DNA of 63,767 nt, filler included, from Octopus bimaculoides (lineage: Eukaryota), in NCBI RefSeq assembly GCF_001194135.2. It is 4 parts of 4 records of this genome, joined end to end, with 100 filler letters (N's around TTAATTAATTAA, not from the genome) between each part and the next. Parts side by side here need not be neighbours in the genome. Positions count along the whole stretch, not along the records: positions 1 to 25,935 come from NC_068996.1; positions 26,036 to 43,152 come from NC_068999.1; 2 more parts are not named here. One strand, given 5' to 3'. The first letter of the stretch is position 1, and every line of letters starts with the position of its first letter. The notes beneath the pieces are model-generated. The model saw nothing but the letters and a program-made list of their open reading frames with translations, did not search any database and was not told where the DNA came from. The position numbers were made by a program, and so were the translations under genes. Positions 25,126 through 36,672 of this stretch are shown here, piece by piece.

Positions 25126-25605
25126 TTAAAGGAACTTTTATTTATATGCGTTTTGCTCCATTTATTGTTATTATTCATATATATATATATAATGTACGAT
25201 ATATGGATTTATATAATCCAGGGTTAATCCCCAAAAAACTCCTAACCAACATAGTAAACAAATACGCATGAGTGTAATGTTGAGTCTTATGCAGTTGAAA
25301 TCCAGTAAATCCAGTCATTGAGGAGGAGTGTGTAGAATATGAATTTATTTCATCAGTTGACGTCCACAGGATAACAGCCGCTTCGCAGCCAACATCATGG
25401 AAAAATAGTATATTCTTGTGTATAATAAATTATTTTATATGCCTGCACTAGTGTGCATGGTATGAATTGTATAGTAATATACAATTTATACATTTTACAA
25501 AGGAATGCAGTTACAGAAGGCTATCCCTTCTGATCAACAGAATATTGTGGTTACGTCAATTTTTTAACTAAAGTATATATATATGCTGTCAGGGATATAT
25601 ATATA

Positions 25606-25935
25606 CTAGCAGAAATACCCGGCTTTGCCCGGGTTAAAGAGAATAATGAAATCTAAAAACGCCGTCTAGACTACGCAACCCTCAACTGTTAGTAGCTACG
25701 ATACCATATTTCTACATTAATAACTCTCCAATCCATGCCAGCATGGAACATAGACATTAAGTGGAATGCCAGTCTCTCATCTAGGAGGGCCTTGAAATCA
25801 ATGTTACCAACTGGGGACTATGTGTGTCGCAGTGATAATAAAAAGACCCAAAGGAGGTCTGCAACGAAATAATTTTACTCAACACTTTGCAAGTGAATCA
25901 GTGGAGGCAAAGATGCGTCTCATTTACTTGACAAT
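25606..25935 (-). mobile_element. Helitron-like 3' terminus
   Basis: The - strand ends CCCGG-GCAAAG-CCGGG hairpin (25618-25633), then TATTTCTG-CTAG followed by T. This is the canonical subterminal hairpin plus CTRR end. It runs into a gap. Confidence 0.65.
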
Positions 25936-26083
25936 NNNNNNNNNNNNNNNNNNNNNNNNNNNNNNNNNNNNNNNNNNNNTTAATTAATTAANNNNNNNNN
26001 NNNNNNNNNNNNNNNNNNNNNNNNNNNNNNNNNNNAAAAGAGGAAAGAAAAAAGAAAAAGAAGAATATTTAATCAAACAGTTT

Positions 26084-26414
26084 GGATCTTTTTGGTTTGA
26101 CGGGCAACACTTGTTTTCTTAACGAAATACTTTAAAACTTGGGATACTGGTAGAATGTGTCATATAAAATATCTTTTTCTCTTAGCCTTCTTAACAAAAA
26201 TTAGTTCTTAATAAGTTATTTCATGTTAAAGTTGTCGTATTTGTGTAATTTCGAATTACGACAACTTTTTACATGAAAAAACTTCGAATACAAAATTTTT
26301 TATCTGTTCTATAATACAAAATATACAAGTATACGAAGTTTGAAAGTGTTTCGGTACCAAAAACACTACATAAATCATTAATGAAAAATGTTGCCCGTCA
26401 AACCAAAAAGATCC
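26084..26414. mobile_element. 331-bp MITE with 26-bp perfect TIRs and 8-bp TSD (Merlin-like)
   Basis: TIR GGATCTTTTTGGTTTGACGGGCAACA at 26084-26109 and 26389-26414; TSD AACAGTTT at 26076-26083 and 26415-26422. Confidence 0.85.
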
Positions 26415-27384
26415 AACAGTTTTGTATATATTTGATGGTATTCTCCTGTCATCTTATTCATTCGTCCAGGGCGTGAGGTTAATAAACCGTAAACAAATTT
26501 CTTGTCATGCATTCTGAGAAGTGAATGTGAAGTAGATTCTGAAAATGTAATAAAATGTTTTAAAATAAATTTAAAGTACCTACGTGATAACTATAAACCT
26601 ACTTTTGGGCCCTGTATATATAAACACCAAGCGTAATCCTAAAGATATACACAAACCATTGCTGCCATCGCTCATTGGTAAGCTTAGAGAGTGTTCGGCT
26701 TCGAATTTTCAAAATCCTGAAGATATCTGAAGAAAGACATCCTCGACAGATGACATCAGTGCCTTGTTGGCAATTGAAGAATGGCAAAGAGTTACTGAAA
26801 GAATGATGAAAAGAAATATAAATGAATGAGTCAACGAATGGTTAATTGAGAGAATAAATATATGATTGAATGATTTTAGAATGAAAATAGTAAAAATAAT
26901 ACGAATGAGAAGATAGGAAAAAAATATAAATTTGAACGACGCAAAAACGAAAAAGAAAATACCTGAAACAAAATAAATAAGAAAGAAAAGAAGGAAAATG
27001 AAGACAATAATTAACAGAAGGATAAGTTTATTTATAATGAAAATGAAAATGGAATAAAAGAAGAAATTAGGGAAAGAATGAAGGAATGAAGTAAATGTTC
27101 TGTTTATGTCTAAATATATTGCAAACGGAAACGAGAGAATAAGATTCAAAAAAAGAAGGAAGAAAGAAAAAGAATAAAGAATGAAAGAAGCTTGAATGAG
27201 AAAGAATAGGAATAAGAGTTAAGGAAAAAAATGAGGGAAGAAAGAAAATAATGAAAGAGCGAAAGAGAGAGAGAAAGAAGAAGGGCAATGAAACATTAAC
27301 GAAAGAATGAATTCATTTCTGACTGTTTTCAAAAAAAAAAAAAATGGAAGAAATTAATTGATTAAAGCGATCCCCCTTCACCCC

Positions 27385-27537
27385 CAGTATTTACTTGGTA
27401 TTTCAGATTATCGATGTCGAAAGGTGGACATTGGTGGGGTGGGGGTGGATTTGAAATCAGAATGGCCACGAAAAAAGCTGCCACAGAAACTCATCAAGCA
27501 TTTCGACCAACACTAACGAAACTGCAACTCCACCGCT
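27385..27537 (-). mobile_element. Very degenerate SINE family B
   Basis: CCCCAGTA..TGGTA..TTATCGA..CGAAAGG..GGATTTGAA.TCAGAA..AAGCATTTCG. Confidence 0.55.
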
Positions 27538-28389
27538 TTTTCGAATTTATAAAAAATAACTACTAAAAACCAATTCCNNNNNNNNNNNNNNNNNNNNNNN
27601 NNNNNNNNNNNNNNNNNNNNNNNNNNNNNNNNNNNNNNNNNNNNNNNNNNNNNNNNNNNNNNNNNNNNNNNNNNNNNNNNNNNNNNNNNNNNNNNNNNNN
27701 NNNNNNNNNNNNNNNNNNNNNNNNNNNNNNNNNNNNNNNNNNNNNNNNNNNNNNNNNNNNNNNNNNNNNNNNNNNNNNNNNNNNNNNNNNNNNNNNNNNN
27801 NNNNNNNNNNNNNNNNNNNNNNNNNNNNNNNNNNNNNNNNNNNNNNNNNNNNNNNNNNNNNNNNNNNNNNNNNNNNNNNNNNNNNNNNNNNNNNNNNNNN
27901 NNNNNNNNNNNNNNNNNNNNNNNNNNNNNNNNNNNNNNNNNNNNNNNNNNNNNNNNNNNNNNNNNNNNNNNNNNNNNNNNNNNNNNNNNNNNNNNNNNNN
28001 NNNNNNNNNNNNNNNNNNNNNNNNNNNNNNNNNNNNNNNNNNNNNNNNNNNNNNNNNNNNNNNNNNNNNNNNNNNNNNNNNNNNNNNNNNNNNNNNNNNN
28101 NNNNNNNNNNNNNNNNNNNNNNNNNNNNNNNNNNNNNNNNNNNNNNNNNNNNNNNNNNNNNNNNNNNNNNNNNNNNNNNNNNNNNNNNNNNNNNNNNNNN
28201 NNNNNNNNNNNNNNNNNNNNNNNNNNNNNNNNNNNNNNNNNNNNNNNNNNNNNNNNNNNNNNNNNNNNNNNNNNNNNNNNNNNNNNNNNNNNNNNNNNNN
28301 NNNNNNNNNNNNNNNNNNNNNNNNNNNNNNNNNNNNNNNNNNNNNNNNNNNNNNNNNNNNNNNNNNNNNNNNNNNNNNNNNNNNNNNNA

Positions 28390-28549
28390 GGAATATCAGC
28401 ACAGTCATCCTCACCACTACCACCACCACCACAACGCTACCGGCGTCACAGCAACACCCTTCGCCATCACCACCACCACTAATTCTATCAATACTACCAC
28501 TACTGATTCTGCTGCTGCATCCCTCTTTACAGCAACTGTGCTATTGCTG

Positions 28550-28605
<56 letters not shown>

Positions 28606-28980
28606 GCACTCGTCACAGTTTCCGAAACAACTACCACTGCTACATCAGCCGCTACTACTAACAGCTCTGTTAACCACTGCAGCTACTTCAACCGCCACTA
28701 CTTGTACTACTTACTGCTACATCTACTTCCACCGCTACTACTAAGACAACTGTTAACCTCTGTAGCCACTGCAGCCGGTACTGCTACCAACACTGCTACC
28801 AACACTGCAGCTACTGCTAACACTTCCAAGCAATTTAGTTGTCTACTGCAGCCGCCACTGCTGACTACTTCCAACTGCTACTAATACTCCCAACACGATG
28901 AGCCGCTACTACCACTGCAGCTGCTACTGTCAACACTGATAACCACTATAACTACTACTACTGCTGCCGCTACTGCTAAA
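28390..28980. repeat. (CAC)/(CTA)/(CTG)n compound low-complexity tract
   Basis: Perfect (CTA)n core near 28548-28604 inside degenerate triplets. Confidence 0.9.
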
Positions 28981-30008
28981 AACACCACGAGCCACCATAT
29001 TTGCTAACATTGAAGGTTACCGCCTCAATCACACATACGTGCTTATTCAATTTGCTAGAAACCACAACCATACCTTCCTCAAATCACATCCTGCTGCATT
29101 TTAAAGGACACATCAAACAATATCGTCTGAGAGGAGACTGAGAAGATGAGACTGCCATGGCTGGATTGCCTTTCATCCTAGGTTTACCCCAACATGAATG
29201 TCCCAGAGCACAATAACAACAGTACAAACAGCAGAAGCAGCAGCAGCAGGCTGACGAGAGGGCCATTATCTGGAGGTTCGGTATGCTAGAATAAGCAACT
29301 AACTGTTCCTCAGAAACACTTTAATATCTCAATAAGGGGCGTGTTATGTAATGTAGGTCCTCATTACGGTTACAAAACGGGTGCGATAGCCATAATTGGA
29401 TTACCTTTGATCAAGGCTAAGCTGGAGCTTCGACCTCAACAAGAACAAGAACAGCATCAGCATTGCTACTATTTCCTATACAGTAACCCGGTCCAAAACC
29501 ACCACCACAACTACATCGGAACTTGAACTCGGATCCTTTCGTTTCAGAGACTAGATTGTTGAGCAGTAAACCCTAAGACCTGTACGTGAAAACGGGGAAA
29601 GCGTTCTGTGGTCTCTCAACCTCAACCTGCTAGAGATAGCAGCCAAATATTTCATCTTACAATATGTGTGTGTGTCTGCGTGTGCGCGTGCGTATATATG
29701 TATATATATGTATATATATATGTGTATATATGTATATATATGTATATATATATGTGTATATATGTATATATATATATATATATATATANNNNNNNNNNNN
29801 NNNNNNNNNNNNNNNNNNNNNNNNNNNNNNNNNNNNNNNNNNNNNNNNNNNNNNNNNNNNNNNNNNNNNNNNNNNNNNNNNNNNNNNNNNNNACATATAT
29901 ATATACATATATATATATGGGAGAATATACAAATAATAACAACAGACGAGGACAGGTGGTGTAAATAACAAAAGGATATATTAGTATGACGCTCGGGAAT
30001 ACGGAAAG

Positions 30009-30045
30009 TCTTTGACGTTTCGAGCTACGCTCTTCAACAGAAAGA
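30009..30045 (-). ncRNA. Minimal type-I hammerhead motif, core variant CUGUUGA
   Basis: Reverse complement UCUUU-CUGUUGA-A-GAGC-GUA-GCUC-GAAA-CGUC-AAAGA: stem I UCUUU/AAAGA, stem II GAGC/GCUC, GUC site. Confidence 0.75.
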
Positions 30046-30130
30046 ATACGGAGACAAGGAGAAAAACACGGAGAAAAAAAATTGAATAGTGTTCAGTCAA
30101 CGGTCATGTGTGTATATATATATATACTCT

Positions 30131-30325
30131 TTTACTATTTTACTTGTTTCAGTCCATGCTGGAGCACCGCCTTTAGTCGAGCAAATCGAGCCCAGGACTA
30201 ATTCTTTGTAAGCCTAGTACATATTCTATCGGTCTCTTTGCCGAACCGCTATGTTACGAGGACGTAAACACACCAGCATCTGTTGTCAAGCAATGTTGGG
30301 GTACAGACACAGACACACAACCATA
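30131..30325 (-). mobile_element. SINE family A 3' module
   Basis: Near-collinear with 40022-40200. Confidence 0.85.
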
Positions 30326-30335
30326 TACACACACA

Positions 30336-30381
<46 letters not shown>

Positions 30382-31036
30382 NNNNNNNNNNNNNNNNNNN
30401 NNNNNNNNNNNNNNNNNNNNNNNNNNNNNNNNNNNNNNNNNNNNNNNNNNNNNNNNNNNNNNNNNNNNNNNNNNNNNNNNNNNNNNNNNNNNNNNNNNNN
30501 NNNNNNNNNNNNNNNNNNNNNNNNNNNNNNNNNNNNNNNNNNNNNNNNNNNNNNNNNNNNNNNNNNNNNNNNNNNNNNNNNNNNNNNNNNNNNNNNNNNN
30601 NNNNNNNNNNNNNNNNNNNNNNNNNNNNNNNNNNNNNNNNNNNNNNNNNNNNNNNNNNNNNNNNNNNNNNNNNNNNNNNNNNNNNNNNNNNNNNNNNNNN
30701 NNNNNNNNNNNNNNNNNNNNNNNNNNNNNNNNNNNNNNNNNNNNNNNNNNNNNNNNNNNNNNNNNNNNNNNNNNNNNNNNNNNNNNNNNNNNNNNNNNNN
30801 NNNNNNNNNNNNNNNNNNNNNNNNNNNNNNNNNNNNNNNNNNNNNNNNNNNNNNNNNNNNNNNNNNNNNNNNNNNNNNNNNNNNNNNNNNNNNNNNNNNN
30901 NNNNNNNNNNNNNNNNNNNNNNNNNNNNNNNNNNNNNNNNNNNNNNNNNNNNNNNNNNNNNNNNNNNNNNNNNNNNNNNNNNNNNNNNNNNNNNNNNNNN
31001 NNNNNNNNNNNNNNNNNNNNNNNNNNNNNNNNNNNN

Positions 31037-31071
<35 letters not shown>

Positions 31072-32639
31072 ATACACTCTGCATTATATGCTAACTAAGC
31101 TATACACACTGGGAGCCACATTTGCTTTCCCTCCGCCTCCACTTCCTTCTTCAGAATTAGTTTGCATTCTGTCTTTATTACTAACACACTTCACCGAGTG
31201 CCCCCTCCCACAGTAGTACCTTCTCACACGACCTCTCTGTTGATGTATAAATGTGCACTCCGAGGCATCCATACATACACAGAGAGACACACACGCACAC
31301 ACGACACGCAGATACACACATACACTTAACTTCTGTAACGTTTTACATATTTCTGTAATTCCATTAATAGATAGTGATTGTAATTTCTTAAGAAAATCCC
31401 AGATTTCCAAGATGATTCTGTAATAATTTTATTACCATTAACCAAAATGATTAAATGCATAAATTTATAGTGGAGCTGTAATATCTGCAGATTTATTATA
31501 ACTTCGACCAAATGATTTTCTTTTTGTATCGTCTTTCACCTTCAGTATTATATTACACATTATGTTAACGTCTGTGTAACAGTCATAGCCACTCTTCCTC
31601 TCTTTTCTGCTGGATCCTTATGCGAAGCCTGTTTGACTACACTTAACAGAAAATTTGGCAGAAACATTCTATTAGTATTCATCATTATCATGAGTGTGTT
31701 TTCCCAAACTCCAGGATCTTTTTTCCAGAAATTGTATTGCATAACATTCTGGCCTCTACCTGGAACTTCATAAACAGACAGTATTGTGATGTCAGCTTTG
31801 GATTGCGTCTTCTCTGTTGATTCTGCAGATGTTCCATCAGTTGTCACAGGTATTTTAAATGAAAGCATAATCATTTTGCGCATCAGATATTTTATTTCTT
31901 GTTCATGGATTACATAAACATACTTTTTAAAGTAAAAGCTAAGATAATGGTTCTTGGTTCAAAATGGACTACTCTCGTAATCTACGTCATTGTCATTAAT
32001 ATTTTCTGACAGCGCAGCAATGTGTGATATCTATTGTAAAACAGGAAGCCTCTCGTTTAAGTTGTGTCAAGCTTCTCATTTAAGTTGTGTCATGACACTG
32101 TTTAAATGTTGTGGAATAAGAATAGAATTGTCAAAATAAAATAACATTATTCTGTTGTAGACAACATCGTTGTCCATTGTCACCATTAACTCAATGATTT
32201 ATTTATCAATAATAAGCAAATATCTGTCTTGTAAACGAATTAATCTTTTCCTAAACTATTTCATACGGAACACCTTTCAAATATTTATTATATTCTTCTC
32301 TCTGAACGGTTATGATACACATATTATTGTGGCTGTTGCTATGATCGCTGACAGCTATGTTCACTGACAGCTATGATCTCTGACTCACCTATACTATGAG
32401 CCTACTGTAACTGATTGGCAACGTATATTGCACTTCATTTGGACAGATTCGTGTAACTTGTTCCGTTGTCAGCTCTCAATCTTACGAATGCTGATGTAGC
32501 CTTGCCTTGATCAAGCTCCAAATTTAGAATTTCTCTCGACTCGACTTACCTTCATGATTGATTGGAACGCCCAGAAAGGTATAATTATTTGCCGCTGCTA
32601 ACTCCTCCCTCCCAATAAGGATACGCCTGGCGATGCAAC

Positions 32640-32775
32640 GTTCGACTGGTATATAATCTTATCGACCCCCGAAAGAGTCAATCTCGGAGTAATTTGAACT
32701 CAATACATAAAACAAGAAGAAATGCCGTAAAGGATTCTGTTCGGCGCAGCAACGCTTCTCACAGCTCGCCACCTT
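32640..32775 (-). mobile_element. Degenerate SINE family B
   Basis: ACTGGTAT..TTATCGACCCCCGAAAG..AATTTGAACTCA..GAAATGCCG..CAGCTCGCCACC. Confidence 0.6.
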
Positions 32776-33638
32776 AATTTCTGCAAATAATTTATGGATG
32801 CACGATCTTTTCTGCTTTTAATTAAATTGTTCCTGTGAAGAAAGACCAAGTTTCTAACAAATACATGACTCCATCTTCGGAATGTAGATGACAGAAACAA
32901 TGTTACAAACCTGAGGAAGTCTTGTATATTTTTATTGTTAATTTTTTTGTATATATGTGTGTATACACACACAGACACACATACACACGCACACATATAC
33001 ATGCATTTCTCTGTGTGTGTTTGTTAAACGCAAATAGCTAATTGTTTGGGATCTATTGAACTAGTGTGTTATTGTAAATAATGTTGAAAATAAATTCCAG
33101 ATTAGTTTCAGGAAGTTAAATATATCCTAAAATATGATTACTTCATTGTTGATATATAATGGCTTACAGAGATATATCTATGACTATTATATAAAATAAA
33201 TAACAAAGGTAATATCCGAAATATAGTATACAGAAACAATTGTAAATATATATATCTATATATAAAGTAGACAACTTAACAGATAACTGCTAATGGAATG
33301 AGGGAAGTACGCGTTTACATCTCTGTTCAACTTTATAATTATCTATATAACATAATAAATTATTAAATACACCTGTGAATATAGTGAAGTTTAATATGAA
33401 TCCGAAAAAATTTACGAATTAGCAATCATATTTATACCATATACGTATGGATGCGCAAAAGTAAGTAGACACACGTGTGCAGATTTTATTGTATGTGAAC
33501 ATAAAACCTAAGGATGCAGATGCCTTCATCCACTGTTATAGCACCCTTTGTATCTCGTATGTATTTGGACACATATACATATATATATAAGACTACAAAT
33601 GGCCAAATAAATCCAGAAATAAATACCCACCAATACAT

Positions 33639-33705
<67 letters not shown>

Positions 33706-33974
33706 NNNNNNNNNNNNNNNNNNNNNNNNNNNNNNNNNNNNNNNNNNNNNNNNNNNNNNNNNNNNNNNNNNNNNNNNNNNNNNNNNNNNNNNNNNNNNNN
33801 NNNNNNNNNNNNNNNNNGAGAAAAAAACAATTCTTGAAATCCTCCATGAAAATCCACAGTCACATATAGAAAGATTTAATAAATAAATACGCTAAAAAGA
33901 TCTATAATAAAAATACAAAGTAATAAAACATGCGAACTAAGCTTTAACGTTCTAACTCACACTTGCTGTTTACA

Positions 33975-34480
33975 ACAGTGCTTGGAAGGTAGGTGTGTAC
34001 GGTCGGGGTCTGTACATAAATGGAACGAAACGCTGCAAGGTATGCGTAGCCGAAAGCATGGAAATTCTGAAATGCTCGTACGTACCAGAGACCATACTGA
34101 ACTCCAGAACAGAGATTTTCGGGCCGTGCTTGCATTTCAGGAGATTCCTGTTAGCGTTTTGGGAACCACATAATATCGATAATAGCGGTATTAGCGATAA
34201 TTACACCACACCTGGAAATTGATTGCTGATGAGAGTAGGGGATAACCCCCGCCCCGCCAACTTTGACCCTCATAGCCGACAGATGGCGGGACTGAAGGAG
34301 GACGACACAACCGAAGCCGATGACCAGCACCGAAGGGAGATAATCCCCATTGTTTATATCCACATCATTTCTCCCTCCATATCTTAAAGAGGCCATAAGC
34401 CAACGGGTCTTAGGGTCTGAAGATACGCCATAAAAGTACTCTTTATGGCGAGAAACCCAGGGTAACCCTAGAAACCGGCC
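33975..34480 (+). mobile_element. Penelope-like (Naiad-type) 3' fragment: GIY-YIG C-terminus, 3' UTR and HHR
   Basis: ORF 33995..34222 YINGTKRCKVCVAESMEIL..ILNSRTEIFGPCLHFRRFLL matches the Y..C.LC..EK..I..LLN.R.E..C.H motif and parallels 4145-4275. Confidence 0.75.
34411..34470 (+). ncRNA. Type-I hammerhead ribozyme, fully canonical
   Basis: Stem I UAGGGU/ACCCUA (6 bp); CUGAAGA 34417-34423; stem II CGCCAUAAA/UUUAUGGCG (9 bp); GAAA 34452; stem III ACC-CAG-GGU; GUA 34462-34464. Confidence 0.92.
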
Positions 34481-34686
34481 TTCACCACGAAGCTGATTTA
34501 TCTAATTTGCATAACAATGACCATTGAGACCTATAACTTATACAGTAACTAGTTTTCACAATGGGGTTCGTCTGTGTATTTAAAAAGGTGTAATGTGCAG
34601 AACAAACGTATCCCGAAAAGATGTTCTGTAGTTCACCAAATAATTAATTAATCAGCATAGTCAACATGTGCTTACGACGTAGACTA

Positions 34687-34736
<50 letters not shown>

Positions 34737-35074
34737 ATATGAATATACACATATATATCATTAGACGTTTTAAAACGTTAAAGCTAATAATAAAGATAAA
34801 AAGTAGTTGTCATCTTGCTTTGTAAATAATTAAATAGCTTCTTGATTGAGTCATGCAAGAATATTTGACATAATTAGTTGGAAAATATTACTGATTAATT
34901 GGAAGAAAATTAATTGAGCACACTAGTTATCTTAAAATACGTGTATGCTTCTATGTAGGTGTCTATATATAATATAGATACCTACACGCATAATTATGTA
35001 GACTTGTACGTGCATATATGTGTATGTGTGTGTGTGTGTGTGTGTGGCCATTCATATATATTCATATAAATTCA

Positions 35075-35108
<34 letters not shown>

Positions 35109-35639
35109 GCATACATATACGTGTAAATATTCATATATAATCATGTATATATGTATACACATATACGCATAAATGTGTTTATATGTACGATAATAATTAA
35201 ACATAAAATAATAGTTAAATAATTATCAAACTCAGAGTGCTAATGAGGAATATAATTATTAGATGCCATCTCTTGCAAATCAAATAATCCACAGCTGACG
35301 GAGTTTCTCCAGACAGTCGTTCAATGTGTTAAAAATAACAGCCAAACAAATTCAACATAAAGCCTGCCATATACAAGACATTGGATAATATGTAATCACC
35401 TGAAAATAGGTGTGTGACCATGAGTGTATATGCACATCGTTACATTATATTATATACACACGTGCATATACACATATAGGCACCGCCGATAAATATATCT
35501 ATACATATGTACATGTATGCATCATATATAAATATATCTACATATACATGTATAATGTATATATAAACATATGTATATACATAGGCGTACACCTATGAAA
35601 CAGGAAAAAGAGTATAGGAAGCACGACCATCAGCAAATT

Positions 35640-36260
35640 CTACATAAAAGGCATCTGCTGGCATGGAGAATTTGGGACTGTACTGCTGTTATCCACATTC
35701 AAAGCTCAGACAGGACGGAACTCATGGCAAAAACCGTTCCCCATCTGGCCAACAAACTAGGCTCAAATCACACCTAAAGGAATCTATAACCCAGTATACA
35801 TTCTGAGTGAAGAAGACCGCCGAAAAAGTTGCGTGCAGATTCCATGCGATTTGCAACAGTAGAACAGCAAATTTTTTTAAGTGATGCACAAAAGTTAATG
35901 CAGCGGCTGGCATGGTTACAAAACAATGTTAAACCATGCACATACGCACAAACGCGCACGTACACACACACACGCACTCTCACTAACAGCAGCCCCCCCC
36001 CCTCCCAGATAATGGGGCCCATTGCGGCCAAGCTGGTCATTACACGAATTCTACTCGTGAATATCAGAGACCTCTTACAAAGTAACAGTAAATGCAAAAA
36101 TTGCGTACCCGAGGCATCTTTCTGCATGCAATCAATCAAGCAGTATGCATTGCACCTACAGAAACACATCTCTCTGCAGACATAAGCGATGCAGAGATAC
36201 ACATACTGATGATGCTGTGTATAAACAAAAGTTGGATTCGCAATGCACGTTCGTGAAGAT
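35640..36260 (+). mobile_element. Possible very old LINE RT remnant
   Basis: Only faint echoes: ATCAAGCAG..TGC.ATTGCACCT (KQGC..AP-like) and TACTGATGATGCT (YADD-like). Confidence 0.3.
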
Positions 36261-36489
36261 GTCACACAATTAACCTTGGTTTTACATCAAAACAAGGTTT
36301 GTGACATGCTCATAGCAAGTTTACAGCAATTTGATGTGTTAATATGCACCTTGTATGCCCCTCGCCGCCGATGCTGTATTAGGCTGTATTATCGGTGGGG
36401 AGAACTCGAGGGCTGTTTAGGGCGGCACACAGTCTAGCTACACTGCATGAGCAGGTAAAAACACTCCTGGTTCAGTGAGACATCGAGAA

Positions 36490-36672
36490 TGTGACAACTG
36501 GGAGGAAACAGGTGACCCCAGCAGACGGATGGGACTCATTATGGCTGCATAAAATGAAACAACGTGAAAGGAACTGCTTGCTCAAGCAAACAATGCGCCA
36601 TCTGGCCCAGAAATTGAACTCATGTCTTTATGCTCATGAGCTGAACACCACTAACTACTAGACTACGTGCCT
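36490..36672 (-). mobile_element. tRNA-derived CORE-type SINE (third family), degenerate
   Basis: Reverse complement GGAGGCACGTAGTCTAGTAGTTAG..GAGTTCAATTTC..TTGCTTGAGCAAGCAG. Confidence 0.55.

Noticed and set aside
25980-25991. TTAATTAATTAA islands in the middle of N runs (also about 43197-43208 and 61852-61863)
   Set aside because: Identical six-frame-stop spacer centred in similar-sized gaps: an assembly join marker. Adjacency across these points should not be interpreted, so the Helitron end and the MITE are not assumed to be nested.
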